The position numbers and the translations under genes are program-made. Shown piece by piece: positions 24,240 to 40,017 of a DNA stretch of 64,000 bases; the stretch's first letter is position 1, and every line of letters begins with the position of its first letter. Source of the DNA: Auanema rhodensis (Eukaryota > Animalia > Nematoda). The notes under the pieces are model-generated. The model saw nothing but the letters and a program-made list of their open reading frames with translations. It was not told the DNA's origin and searched no databases. The DNA lies in NCBI GenBank assembly GCA_964057225.1, contig OZ059900.1:7936001-8000000 (forward strand), given 5' to 3'.

Positions 24240-27200
24240 GGGGATTGAAGGGCATTTTGGCAAAATCAGTCAAACTTTTGATCTTAAGCATATTTTTTTC
24301 TTCTAAAACGACTAAATGTATGAAATACTGTCATAGAATGTTCATATAGGTGTATTTTGCACGAATATCAAAACTGATTGAAATATGGGCCTTTTTATGT
24401 TCAAAACGCCATATATTCAACGATTTTGGGTACAAAACATGTGAAAACTGTATGTTTTGATCAGACCCTTTGAGATATGGATTTGGAATTCAGGATTCAT
24501 AAACTTTGACTATTTTTACATATATATGTTCAATTTTAACCACTTTGGTCAAAAGGGACCGAAAATATCAAGAATTATTGGTTTTTTGGGGTTTGAAGGG
24601 CATTTTGGCTAAATCAGTCAAACTTTTGATCTTAAGCATATTTTTTTCTTCTAAAACGACTAAATGTATGAAATACTGTCATAGAATGTTCATATAGGTG
24701 TATTTTGCACGAATATCAAAACTGATTGAAATATGGGTCTTTTTATGTTCAAAACGCCATATATTCAACGATTTTGGGTACAAAACATGTGAAAACTGTA
24801 TGTTTTGATCAGACCCTTTGAGATATGGATTTGGAATTCAGGATTCATAAACTTTGACTATTTTTACATATATATGTTCAATTTTAACCACTTTGGTCAA
24901 AAAGGACCGAAAATATCAAGAATTATTGGTTTTTTGGGGTTTGAAGGGCATTTTGGCTAAATCAGTCAAACTTTTGATCTTAAGCATATTTTTTTCTTCT
25001 AAAACGACTAAATGTATGAAATACTGTCATAGAATGTTCATATAGGTGTATTTTGCACGAATATCAGAACTGATTGAAATATGGGCCTTTTTATGTTCAA
25101 AACGCCATATATTCAACGATTTTGGGTACAAAACATGTGAAAACTGTATGTTTTGATCAGACCCTTTGAGATATGGATTTGAAATTCAGGATTCATAAAC
25201 TTTGACTATTTTTACATATATATGTCCAATTTTAACCACTTTGGTCAAAAAGGACCGAAAATATCAAGAATTATTGGTTTTTTGGGGATTGAAGGGCATT
25301 TTGGCAAAATCAGTCAAACTTTTGATCTTAAGCATATTTTTTTCTTCTAAAACGACTAAATGTATGAAATACTGTCATAGAATGTTCATATAGGTGTATT
25401 TTGCACGAATATCAAAACTGATTGAAATATGGGCCTTTTTATGTTCAAAACGCCATATATTCAACGATTTTGGGTACAAAACATGTGAAAACTGTATGTT
25501 TTGATCAGACCCTTTGAGATATGGATTTGGAATTCAGGATTCATAAACTTTGACTATTTTTACATATATATGTTCAATTTTAACCACTTTGGTCAAAAAG
25601 GACCGAAAATATCAAGAATTATTGGTTTTTTGGGGTTTGAAGGGCATTTTGGCTAAATCAGTCAAACTTTTGATCTTAAGCATATTTTTTTCTTCTAAAA
25701 CGACTAAATGTATGAAATACTGTCATAGAATGTTCATATAGGTGTATTTTGCACGAATATCAAAACTGATTGAAATATGGGTCTTTTTATGTTCAAAACG
25801 CCATATATTCAACGATTTTGGGTACAAAACATGTGAAAACTGTATGTTTTGATCAGACCCTTTGAGATATGGATTTGAAATTCAGGATTCATAAACTTTG
25901 ACTATTTTTACATATATATGTCCAATTTTAACCACTTTGGTCGAAAAGGACCGAAAATATCAAGAATTATTGGTTTTTTGGGGTTTGAAGGGCATTTTGG
26001 CAAAATCAGTCAAACTTTTGATCTTAAGCATATTTTTTTCTTCTAAAACGACTAAATGTATGAAATACTGTCAAAGAATGTTCATATAGGTGTATTTTGC
26101 ACGAATATCAAAACTGATTGAAATATGGGCCTTTTTATGCTCAAAACGCCATATATTCAACGATTTTGGGTACAAAACATGTGAAAACTGTATGTTTTGA
26201 TCAGACCCTTTGAGATATGGATTTGAAATTCAGGATTCATAAACTTCGACTATTTCTACATATATATGTCCAATTTTAACCACTTTGGTCAAAAAGGACC
26301 GAAAATATCAAGAATTATTGGTTTTTTGGGGTTTGAAGGGCATTTTGGCAAAATCAGTCAAACTTTTGATCTTAAGCATATTTTTTTTTTCTAAAACGAC
26401 TAAATGTATGAAATACTGTCAAAGAATGTTCATATAGGTGTATTTTGCACGAATATCAAAACTGATTGAAATATGGGCCTTTTTATGCTCAAAACGCCAT
26501 ATATTCAACGATTTTGGGTACGAAACATGTGAAAACTGTATGTTTTGATCAGACCCTTTGAGATATGGATTTGAAATTCAGCATTCATAAACTTTGACTA
26601 TTTTTACATATATATGTTCAATTTTAACCACTTTGGTCAAAAAGGACCGAAAATATCAAGAATTATTGGTTTTTTGGGGTTTGAAGGGCATTTTGGCAAA
26701 ATCAGTCAAACTTTTGATCTTAAGCATATTTTTTTCTTCTAAAACGACTAAATGTATGAAATACTGTCATAGAATGTTCATATAGGTGTATTTTGCACGA
26801 ATATCAAAACTGATTGAAATATGGGCCTTTTTATGTTCAAAACGCCATATATTCAACGATTTTGGGTACAAAACATGTGAAAACTGTATGTTTTGATCAG
26901 ACCCTTTGAGATATGGATTTGAAATTCAGGATTCATAAACTTCGACTATTTTTACATATATATGTCCAATTTTAACCACTTTGGTCAAAAAGGACCGAAA
27001 ATATCAAGAATTATTGGTTTTTTGGGGATTGAAGGGCATTTTGGCAAAATCAGTCAAACTTTTAATCTTAAGCATATTTTTTTCTTCTAAAACGACTAAA
27101 TGTATGAAATACTGTCATAGAATGTTCATATAGGTGTATTTTGCACAAATATCAAAACTGATTGAAATATGGGCCTTTTTATGCTCAAAACGCCATATAT

Positions 27201-29359
27201 TCAACGATTTTGGGTACAAAACATGTGAAAACGGTATGTTTTGATCAGACCCTTTGAGATATGGATTTGAAATTCAGGATTCATAAACTTCGACTATTTC
27301 TACATATATATGTCCAATTTTAACCACTTTGGTCAAAAAGGACCGAAAATATCAAGAATTATTGGTTTTTTGGGGTTTGAAGGGCATTTTGGCAAAATCA
27401 GTCAAACTTTTGATCTTAAGCATATTTTTTTCTTCTAAAACGACTAAATGTATGAAATACTGTCAAAGAATGTTCATATAGGTGTATTTTGCACGAATAT
27501 CAAAACTGATTGAAATATGGGCCTTTTTATGCTCAAAACGCCATATATTCAACGATTTTGGGTACAAAACATGTGAAAACTGTATGTTTTGATCAGACAA
27601 TTTGAGATATGGATTTGAAATTCAGGATTCATAAACTTCGACTATTGCTACATATATATGTCCAATTTTAACCACTTTGGTCAAAAAGGACCGAAAATAT
27701 CAAGAATTATTGGTTTTTTGGGGTTTGAAGGGCATTTTGGCAAAATCAGTCAAACTTTTGATCTTAAGCATATTTTTTTTTCTAAAACGACTAAATGTAT
27801 GAAATACTGTCAAAGAATGTTCATATAGGTGTATTTTGCACGAATATCAAAACTGATTGAAATATGGGCCTTTTTATGCTCAAAACGCCATATATTCAAC
27901 GATTTTGGGTACAAAACATGTGAAAACTGTATGTTTTGATCAGACCCTTTGAGATATGGATTTGAAATTCAGCATTCATAAACTTTGACTATTTTTACAT
28001 ATATATGTTCAATTTTAACCACTTTGGTCAAAAAGGACCGAAAATATCAAGAATTATTGGTTTTTTGGGGTTTGAAGGGCATTTTGGCAAAATCAGTCAA
28101 ACTTTTGATCTTAAGCATATTTTTTTCTTCTAAAACGACTAAATGTATGAAATACTGTCATAGAATGTTCATATAGGTGTATTTTGCACGAATATCAAAA
28201 CTGATTGAAATATGGGCCTTTTTATGCTCAAAACGCCATATATTCAACGATTTTGGGTACAAAACATGTGAAAACTGTATGTTTTGATCAGACCCTTTGA
28301 GATATGGATTTGAAATTCAGGATTCATAAACTTTGACTATTTTTACATATATATGTCCAATTTTAACCACTTTGGTCAAAAAGGACCGAAAATATCAAGA
28401 ATTATTGGTTTTTTGGGGTTTGAAGGGCATTTTGGCTAAATCAGTCAAACTTTTGATCTTAAGCATATTTTTTTCTTCTAAAACGACTAAATGTATGAAA
28501 TACTGTCAAAGAATGTTCATATAGGTGTATTTTGCACGAATATCAAAACTGATTGAAATATGGGCCTTTTTATGCTCAAAACGCCATATATTCAACGATT
28601 TTGGGTACAAAACATGTGAAAACTGTATGTTTTGATCAGACCCTTTGAGATATGGATTTAAAATTCAGGATTCATAAAATTCGACTATTTTTACATATAT
28701 ATGTCCAATTTTAACCACTTTGGTCAAAAAGGACCGAAAATATCAAGAATTATTGGTTTTTTGGGGTTTGAAGGGCATTTTGGCAAAATCAGTCAAACTT
28801 TTGATCTTAAGCATATTTTTTTCTTCTAAAACGACTAAATGTATGAAATACTGTCAAAAAATGTTCATATAGGTGTATTTTGCACGAATATCAAAACTGA
28901 TTGAAATATGGGCCTTTTTATGTTCAAAACGCCATATATTCAACGATTTTGGGTACAAAACATGTGAAAACTGTATGTTTTGATCAGACCCTTTGAGATA
29001 TGGATTTGAAATTCAGGATTCATAAACTTCGACTATTTTTACATATATATGTCCAATTTTAACCACTTTGGTCGAAAAGGACCGAAAATATCAAGAATTA
29101 TTGGTTTTTTGGGGATTGAAGGGCATTTTGGCAAAATCAGTCAAACTTTTGATCTTAAGCATATTTTTTTCTTCTAAAACGACTAAATGTATGAAATACT
29201 GTCATAGAATGTTCATATAGGTGTATTTTGCACGAATATCAAAACTGATTGAAATATGGGCCTTTTTATGTTCAAAACGCCATATATTCAACGATTTTGG
29301 GTACAAAACATGTGAAAACTGTATGTTTTGATCAGACCCTTTGAGATATGGATTTGGAA

Positions 29360-32300
29360 TTCAGGATTCATAAACTTTGACTATTTTTACATATATATGT
29401 TCAATTTTAACCACTTTGGTCAAAAAGGACCGAAAATATCAAGAATTATTGGTTTTTTGGGGTTTGAAGGGCATTTTGGCTAAATCAGTCAAACTTTTGA
29501 TCTTAAGCATATTTTTTTCTTCTAAAACGACTAAATGTATGAAATACTGTCATAGAATGTTCATATAGGTGTATTTTGCACGAATATCAAAACTGATTGA
29601 AATATGGGCCTTTTTATGTTCAAAACGCCATATATTCAACGATTTTGGGTACAAAACATGTGAAAACTGTATGTTTTGATCAGACCCTTTGAGATATGGA
29701 TTTGAAATTCAGGATTCATAAACTTTGACTATTTTTACATATATATGTCCAATTTTAACCACTTTGGTCAAAAAGGACCGAAAATATCAAGAATTATTGG
29801 TTTTTTGGGGATTGAAGGGCATTTTGGCAAAATCAGTCAAACTTTTGATCTTAAGCATATTTTTTTCTTCTAAAACGACTAAATGTATGAAATACTGTCA
29901 TAGAATGTTCATATAGGTGTATTTTGCACAAATATCAAAACTGATTGAAATATGGGCCTTTTTATGCTCAAAACGCCATATATTCAACGATTTTGGGTAC
30001 AAAACATGTGAAAACGGTATGTTTTGATCAGACCCTTTGAGATATGGATTTGAAATTCAGGATTCATAAACTTCGACTATTTCTACATATATATGTCCAA
30101 TTTTAACCACTTTGGTCAAAAAGGACCGAAAATATCAAGAATTATTGGTTTTTTAGGGTTTGAAGGGCATTTTGGCAAAATCAGTCAAACTTTTGATCTT
30201 AAGCATATTTTTTTCTTCTAAAACGACTAAATGTATGAAATACTGTCAAAGAATGTTCATATAGGTGTATTTTGCACGAATATCAAAACTGATTGAAATA
30301 TGGGCCTTTTTATGCTCAAAACGCCATATATTCAACGATTTTGGGTACAAAACATGTGAAAACTGTATGTTTTGATCAGACCCTTTGAGATATGGATTTA
30401 AAATTCAGGATTCATAAAATTCGACTATTTTTACATATATATGTCCAATTTTAACCACTTTGGTCAAAAAGGACCGAAAATATCAAGAATTATTGGTTTT
30501 TTAGGGTTTGAAGGGCATTTTGGCAAAATCAGTCAAACTTTTGATCTTAAGCATATTTTTTTCTTCTAAAACGACTAAATGTATGAAATACTGTCATAGA
30601 ATGTTCATATAGGTGTATTTTGCACGAATATCAAAACTGATTGAAATATGGGCCTTTTTATGCTCAAAACGCCATATATTCAACGATTTTGGGTACAAAA
30701 CATGTGAAAACTGTATGTTTTGATCAGACCCTTTGAGATATGGATTTGAAATTCAGGATTCATAAACTTCGACTATTTCTACATATATATGTCCAATTTT
30801 AACCACTTTGGTCAAAAAGGACCGAAAATATCAAGAATTATTGGTTTTTTGGGGTTTGAAGGGCATTTTGGCAAAATCAGTCAAACTTTTGATCTTAAGC
30901 ATATTTTTTTTTCTAAAACGACTAAATGTATGAAATACTGTCAAAGAATGTTCATATAGGTGTATTTTGCACGAATATCAAAACTGATTGAAATATGGGC
31001 CTTTTTATGTTCAAAACGCCATATATTCAACGATTTTGGGTACAAAACATGTGAAAACTGTATGTTTTGATCAGACCCTTTGAGATATGGATTTGAAATT
31101 CAGGATTCATAAACTTCGACTATTTTTACATATATATGTCCAATTTTAACCACTTTGGTCGAAAAGGACCGAAAATATCAAGAATTATTGGTTTTTTGGG
31201 GATTGAAGGGCATTTTGGCAAAATCAGTCAAACTTTTGATCTTAAGCATATTTTTTTCTTCTAAAACGACTAAATGTATGAAATACTGTCATAGAATGTT
31301 CATATAGGTGTATTTTGCACGAATATCAAAACTGATTGAAATATGGGCCTTTTTATGTTCAAAACGCCATATATTCAACGATTTTGGGTACAAAACATGT
31401 GAAAACTGTATGTTTTGATCAGACCCTTTGAGATATGGATTTGGAATTCAGGATTCATAAACTTTGACTATTTCTACATATATATGTCCAATTTTAACCA
31501 CTTTGGTCAAAAAGGACCGAAAATATCAAGAACTATTGGTTTTTTGGGGTTTGAAGGGCATTTTGGCAAAATCAGTCAAACTTTTGATCTTAAGCATATT
31601 TTTTTCTTCTAAAACGACTAAATGTATGAAATACTGTCAAAGAATGTTCATATAGGTGTATTTTGCACGAATATCAAAACTGATTGAAATATGGGCCTTT
31701 TTATGCTCAAAACGCCATATATTCAACGATTTTGGGTACAAAACATGTGAAAACTGTATGTTTTGATCAGACCCTTTGAGATATGGATTTGAAATTCAGG
31801 ATTCATAAACTTTGACTATTTTTACATATATATGTCCAATTTTAACCACTTTGGTCAAAAAGGACCGAAAATATCAAGAATTATTGGTTTTTTGGGGATT
31901 GAAGGGCATTTTGGCAAAATCAGTCAAACTTTTGATCTTAAGCATATTTTTTTCTTCTAAAACGACTAAATGTATGAAATACTGTCATAGAATGTTCATA
32001 TAGGTGTATTTTGCACAAATATCAAAACTGATTGAAATATGGGCCTTTTTATGCTCAAAACGCCATATATTCAACGATTTTGGGTACAAAACATGTGAAA
32101 ACGGTATGTTTTGATCAGACCCTTTGAGATATGGATTTGAAATTCAGGATTCATAAACTTCGACTATTTCTACATATATATGTCCAATTTTAACCACTTT
32201 GGTCAAAAAGGACCGAAAATATCAAGAATTATTGGTTTTTTAGGGTTTGAAGGGCATTTTGGCAAAATCAGTCAAACTTTTGATCTTAAGCATATTTTTT

Positions 32301-35300
32301 TCTTCTAAAACGACTAAATGTATGAAATACTGTCAAAGAATGTTCATATAGGTGTATTTTGCACGAATATCAAAACTGATTGAAATATGGGCCTTTTTAT
32401 GCTCAAAACGCCATATATTCAACGATTTTGGGTACAAAACATGTGAAAACTGTATGTTTTGATCAGACCCTTTGAGATATGGATTTAAAATTCAGGATTC
32501 ATAAAATTCGACTATTTTTACATATATATGTCCAATTTTAACCACTTTGGTCAAAAAGGACCGAAAATATCAAGAATTATTGGTTTTTTGGGGTTTGAAG
32601 GGCATTTTGGCAAAATCAGTCAAACTTTTGATCTTAAGCATATTTTTTTCTTCTAAAACGACTAAATGTATGAAATACTGTCATAGAATGTTCATATAGG
32701 TGTATTTTGCACGAATATCAAAACTGATTGAAATATGGGCCTTTTTATGTTCAAAACGCCATATATTCAACGATTTTGGGTACAAAACATGTGAAAACTG
32801 TATGTTTTGATCAGACCCTTTGAGATATGGATTTGAAATTCAGGATTCATAAACTTTGACTATTTTTACATATATATGTTCAATTTTAACCACTTTGGTC
32901 AAAAAGGACCGAAAATATCAAGAATTATTGGTTTTTTGGGGTTTGAAGGGCATTTTGGCAAAATCAGTCAAACTTTTGATCTTAAGCATATTTTTTTCTT
33001 CTAAAACGACTAAATGTATGAAATACTGTCATAGAATGTTCATATAGGTGTATTTTGCACGAATATCAAAACTGATTGAAATATGGGCCTTTTTATGTTC
33101 AAAACGCCATATATTCAACGATTTTGGGTACAAAACATGTGAAAACTGTATGTTTTGATCAGACCCTTTGAGATATGGATTTGAAATTCAGGATTCATAA
33201 ACTTTGACTATTTTTACATATATATGTTCAATTTTAACCACTTTGGTCAAAAAGGACCGAAAATATCAAGAATTATTGGTTTTTTGGGGTTTGAAGGGCA
33301 TTTTGGCTAAATCAGTCAAACTTTTGATCTTAAGCATATTTTTTTCTTCTAAAACGACTAAATGTATGAAATACTGTCATAGAATGTTCATATAGGTGTA
33401 TTTTGCACGAATATCAAAACTGATTGAAATATGGGCCTTTTTATGTTCAAAACGCCATATATTCAACGATTTTGGGTACAAAACATGTGAAAACTGTATG
33501 TTTTGATCAGACCCTTTGAGATATGGATTTGAAATTCAGGATTCATAAACTTTGACTATTTTTACATATATATGTCCAATTTTAACCACTTTGGTCAAAA
33601 AGGACCGAAAATATCAAGAATTATTGGTTTTTTGGGGATTGAAGGGCATTTTGGCAAAATCAGTCAAACTTTTGATCTTAAGCATATTTTTTTCTTCTAA
33701 AACGACTAAATGTATGAAATACTGTCATAGAATGTTCATATAGGTGTATTTTGCACAAATATCAAAACTGATTGAAATATGGGCCTTTTTATGCTCAAAA
33801 CGCCATATATTCAACGATTTTGGGTACAAAACATGTGAAAACGGTATGTTTTGATCAGACCCTTTGAGATATGGATTTGAAATTCAGGATTCATAAACTT
33901 CGACTATTTCTACATATATATGTCCAATTTTAACCACTTTGGTCAAAAAGGACCGAAAATATCAAGAATTATTGGTTTTTTAGGGTTTGAAGGGCATTTT
34001 GGCAAAATCAGTCAAACTTTTGATCTTAAGCATATTTTTTTCTTCTAAAACGACTAAATGTATGAAATACTGTCAAAGAATGTTCATATAGGTGTATTTT
34101 GCACGAATATCAAAACTGATTGAAATATGGGCCTTTTTATGCTCAAAACGCCATATATTCAACGATTTTGGGTACAAAACATGTGAAAACTGTATGTTTT
34201 GATCAGACCCTTTGAGATATGGATTTAAAATTCAGGATTCATAAAATTCGACTATTTTTACATATATATGTCCAATTTTAACCACTTTGGTCAAAAAGGA
34301 CCGAAAATATCAAGAATTATTGGTTTTTTAGGGTTTGAAGGGCATTTTGGCAAAATCAGTCAAACTTTTGATCTTAAGCATATTTTTTTCTTCTAAAACG
34401 ACTAAATGTATGAAATACTGTCATAGAATGTTCATATAGGTGTATTTTGCACGAATATCAAAACTGATTGAAATATGGGCCTTTTTATGCTCAAAACGCC
34501 ATATATTCAACGATTTTGGGTACAAAACATGTGAAAACTGTATGTTTTGATCAGACCCTTTGAGATATGGATTTGAAATTCAGGATTCATAAACTTCGAC
34601 TATTTCTACATATATATGTCCAATTTTAACCACTTTGGTCAAAAAGGACCGAAAATATCAAGAATTATTGGTTTTTTGGGGTTTGAAGGGCATTTTGGCA
34701 AAATCAGTCAAACTTTTGATCTTAAGCATATTTTTTTTTCTAAAACGACTAAATGTATGAAATACTGTCAAAGAATGTTCATATAGGTGTATTTTGCACG
34801 AATATCAAAACTGATTGAAATATGGGCCTTTTTATGTTCAAAACGCCATATATTCAACGATTTTGGGTACAAAACATGTGAAAACTGTATGTTTTGATCA
34901 GACCCTTTGAGATATGGATTTGAAATTCAGGATTCATAAACTTCGACTATTTTTACATATATATGTCCAATTTTAACCACTTTGGTCGAAAAGGACCGAA
35001 AATATCAAGAATTATTGGTTTTTTGGGGATTGAAGGGCATTTTGGCAAAATCAGTCAAACTTTTGATCTTAAGCATATTTTTTTCTTCTAAAACGACTAA
35101 ATGTATGAAATACTGTCATAGAATGTTCATATAGGTGTATTTTGCACGAATATCAAAACTGATTGAAATATGGGCCTTTTTATGTTCAAAACGCCATATA
35201 TTCAACGATTTTGGGTACAAAACATGTGAAAACTGTATGTTTTGATCAGACCCTTTGAGATATGGATTTGGAATTCAGGATTCATAAACTTTGACTATTT

Positions 35301-36572
35301 CTACATATATATGTCCAATTTTAACCACTTTGGTCAAAAAGGACCGAAAATATCAAGAACTATTGGTTTTTTGGGGTTTGAAGGGCATTTTGGCAAAATC
35401 AGTCAAACTTTTGATCTTAAGCATATTTTTTTCTTCTAAAACGACTAAATGTATGAAATACTGTCAAAGAATGTTCATATAGGTGTATTTTGCACGAATA
35501 TCAAAACTGATTGAAATATGGGCCTTTTTATGCTCAAAACGCCATATATTCAACGATTTTGGGTACAAAACATGTGAAAACTGTATGTTTTGATCAGACC
35601 CTTTGAGATATGGATTTGAAATTCAGGATTCATAAACTTTGACTATTTTTACATATATATGTCCAATTTTAACCACTTTGGTCAAAAAGGACCGAAAATA
35701 TCAAGAATTATTGGTTTTTTGGGGATTGAAGGGCATTTTGGCAAAATCAGTCAAACTTTTGATCTTAAGCATATTTTTTTCTTCTAAAACGACTAAATGT
35801 ATGAAATACTGTCATAGAATGTTCATATAGGTGTATTTTGCACAAATATCAAAACTGATTGAAATATGGGCCTTTTTATGCTCAAAACGCCATATATTCA
35901 ACGATTTTGGGTACAAAACATGTGAAAACGGTATGTTTTGATCAGACCCTTTGAGATATGGATTTGAAATTCAGGATTCATAAACTTCGACTATTTCTAC
36001 ATATATATGTCCAATTTTAACCACTTTGGTCAAAAAGGACCGAAAATATCAAGAATTATTGGTTTTTTAGGGTTTGAAGGGCATTTTGGCAAAATCAGTC
36101 AAACTTTTGATCTTAAGCATATTTTTTTCTTCTAAAACGACTAAATGTATGAAATACTGTCAAAGAATGTTCATATAGGTGTATTTTGCACGAATATCAA
36201 AACTGATTGAAATATGGGCCTTTTTATGCTCAAAACGCCATATATTCAACGATTTTGGGTACAAAACATGTGAAAACTGTATGTTTTGATCAGACCCTTT
36301 GAGATATGGATTTAAAATTCAGGATTCATAAAATTCGACTATTTTTACATATATATGTCCAATTTTAACCACTTTGGTCAAAAAGGACCGAAAATATCAA
36401 GAATTATTGGTTTTTTGGGGTTTGAAGGGCATTTTGGCAAAATCAGTCAAACTTTTGATCTTAAGCATATTTTTTTCTTCTAAAACGACTAAATGTATGA
36501 AATACTGTCATAGAATGTTCATATAGGTGTATTTTGCACGAATATCAAAACTGATTGAAATATGGGCCTTTT
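29360..36572. repeat. Higher-order duplication, 11-monomer period (3,827 bp)
   Basis: Private variant aagaaCtatt at 31533 and 35360; 65-aa ORF variants at 31415/35242; same order of monomer types. Confidence 0.85.
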
Positions 36573-39500
36573 TATGCTCAAAACGCCATATATTCAACGA
36601 TTTTGGGTACAAAACATGTGAAAACTGTATGTTTTGATCAGACCCTTTGAGATATGGATTTGAAATTCAGGATTCATAAACTTCGACTATTTCTACATAT
36701 ATATGTCCAATTTTAACCACTTTGGTCAAAAAGGACCGAAAATATCAAGAATTATTGGTTTTTTGGGGTTTGAAGGGCATTTTGGCAAAATCAGTCAAAC
36801 TTTTGATCTTAAGCATATTTTTTTTTCTAAAACGACTAAATGTATGAAATACTGTCAAAGAATGTTCATATAGGTGTATTTTGCACGAATATCAAAACTG
36901 ATTGAAATATGGGCCTTTTTATGCTCAAAACGCCATATATTCAACGATTTTGGGTACAAAACATGTGAAAACTGTATGTTTTGATCAGACCCTTTGAGAT
37001 ATGGATTTGAAATTCAGGATTCATAAACTTTGACTATTTTTACATATATATGTTCAATTTTAACCACTTTGGTCAAAAAGGACCGAAAATATCAAGAATT
37101 ATTGGTTTTTTAGGGTTTGAAGGGCATTTTGGCAAAATCAGTCAAACTTTTGATCTTAAGCATATTTTTTTCTTCTAAAACGACTAAATGTATGAAATAC
37201 TGTCATAGAATGTTCATATAGGTGTATTTTGCACGAATATCAAAACTGATTGAAATATGGGCCTTTTTATGTTCAAAACGCCATATATTCAACGATTTTG
37301 GGTACAAAACATGTGAAAACTGTATGTTTTGATCAGACCCTTTGAGATATGGATTTGAAATTCAGGATTCATAAACTTTGACTATTTTTACATATATATG
37401 TCCAAATTTAACCACTTTGGTCAAAAAGGACCGAGAATATCAAGAATTATTGGTTTTTTGGGGATTGAAGGGCATTTTGGCAAAATCAGTCAAACTTTTG
37501 ATCTTAAGCATATTTTTTTCTTCTAAAACGACTAAATGTATGAAATACTGTCATAGAATGTTCATATAGGTGTATTTTGCACGAATATCAAAACTGATTG
37601 AAATATGGGCCTTTTTATGCTCAAAACGCCATATATTCAACGATTTTGGGTACAAAACATGTGAAAACTGTATGTTTTGATCAGACCCTTTGAGATATGG
37701 ATTTGAAATTCAGGATTCATAAATTTTGACTATTTTTACATATATATGTTCAATTTCAACCACTTTGGTCAAGAAGGACCGAAAATATCAAGAATTATTG
37801 GTTTTTTGGGGTTTGAAGGGCATTTTGGCAAAATCAGTCAAACTTTTGATCTTAAGCATATTTTTTTCTTCTAAAACGACTAAATGTATGAAATACTGTC
37901 ATAGAATGTTCATATAGGTGTATTTTGCACAAATATCAAAACTGATTGAAATATGGGCCTTTTTATGCTCAAAACGCCATATATTCAACGATTTTGGGTA
38001 CAAAACATGTGAAAACTGTATGTTTTGATCAGACCCTTTGAGATATGGATTTGAAATTCAGGATTCATAAACTTCGACTATTTCTACATATATATGTCCA
38101 ATTTTAACCACTTTGGTCAAAAAGGACCGAAAATATCAAGAATTATTGGTTTTTTAGGGTTTGAAGGGCATTTTGGCAAAATCAGTCAAACTTTTGATCT
38201 TAAGCATATTTTTTTCTTCTAAAACGACTAAATGTATGAAATACTGTCAAAGAATGTTCATATAGGTGTATTTTGCACGAATATCAAAACTGATTGAAAT
38301 ATGGGCCTTTTTATGCTCAAAACGCCATATATTCAACGATTTTGGGTACAAAACATGTGAAAACTGTATGTTTTGATCAGACCCTTTGAGATATGGATTT
38401 AAAATTCAGGATTCATAAAATTCGACTATTTTTACATATATATGTCCAATTTTAACCACTTTGGTCAAAAAGGACCGAAAATATCAAGAATTATTGGTTT
38501 TTTGGGGTTTGAAGGGCATTTTGGCAAAATCAGTCAAACTTTTGATCTTAAGCATATTTTTTTCTTCTAAAACGACTAAATGTATGAAATACTGTCATAG
38601 AATGTTCATATAGGTGTATTTTGCACGAATATCAAAACTGATTGAAATATGGGCCTTTTTATGCTCAAAACGCCATATATTCAACGATTTTGGGTACAAA
38701 ACATGTGAAAACTGTATGTTTTGATCAGACCCTTTGAGATATGGATTTGAAATTCAGGATTCATAAACTTCGACTATTTCTACATATATATGTCCAATTT
38801 TAACCACTTTGGTCAAAAAGGACCGAAAATATCAAGAATTATTGGTTTTTTGGGGTTTGAAGGGCATTTTGGCAAAATCAGTCAAACTTTTGATCTTAAG
38901 CATATTTTTTTTTCTAAAACGACTAAATGTATGAAATACTGTCAAAGAATGTTCATATAGGTGTATTTTGCACGAATATCAAAACTGATTGAAATATGGG
39001 CCTTTTTATGCTCAAAACGCCATATATTCAACGATTTTGGGTACAAAACATGTGAAAACTGTATGTTTTGATCAGACCCTTTGAGATATGGATTTGAAAT
39101 TCAGGATTCATAAACTTTGACTATTTTTACATATATATGTTCAATTTTAACCACTTTGGTCAAAAAGGACCGAAAATATCAAGAATTATTGGTTTTTTAG
39201 GGTTTGAAGGGCATTTTGGCAAAATCAGTCAAACTTTTGATCTTAAGCATATTTTTTTCTTCTAAAACGACTAAATGTATGAAATACTGTCATAGAATGT
39301 TCATATAGGTGTATTTTGCACGAATATCAAAACTGATTGAAATATGGGCCTTTTTATGTTCAAAACGCCATATATTCAACGATTTTGGGTACAAAACATG
39401 TGAAAACTGTATGTTTTGATCAGACCCTTTGAGATATGGATTTGAAATTCAGGATTCATAAACTTTGACTATTTTTACATATATATGTCCAAATTTAACC

Positions 39501-40017
39501 ACTTTGGTCAAAAAGGACCGAGAATATCAAGAATTATTGGTTTTTTGGGGATTGAAGGGCATTTTGGCAAAATCAGTCAAACTTTTGATCTTAAGCATAT
39601 TTTTTTCTTCTAAAACGACTAAATGTATGAAATACTGTCATAGAATGTTCATATAGGTGTATTTTGCACGAATATCAAAACTGATTGAAATATGGGCCTT
39701 TTTATGCTCAAAACGCCATATATTCAACGATTTTGGGTACAAAACATGTGAAAACTGTATGTTTTGATCAGACCCTTTGAGATATGGATTTGAAATTCAG
39801 GATTCATAAATTTTGACTATTTTTACATATATATGTTCAATTTCAACCACTTTGGTCAAGAAGGACCGAAAATATCAAGAATTATTGGTTTTTTGGGGTT
39901 TGAAGGGCATTTTGGCAAAATCAGTCAAACTTTTGATCTTAAGCATATTTTTTTCTTCTAAAACGACTAAATGTATGAAATACTGTCATAGAATGTTCAT
40001 ATAGGTGTATTTTGCAC
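35935..40017. repeat. Higher-order duplication, 6-monomer period (2,087 bp)
   Basis: Private variant caatttCaac at 37757 and 39844; ORF variants at 37378/39465 and 37726/39813. Confidence 0.85.
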
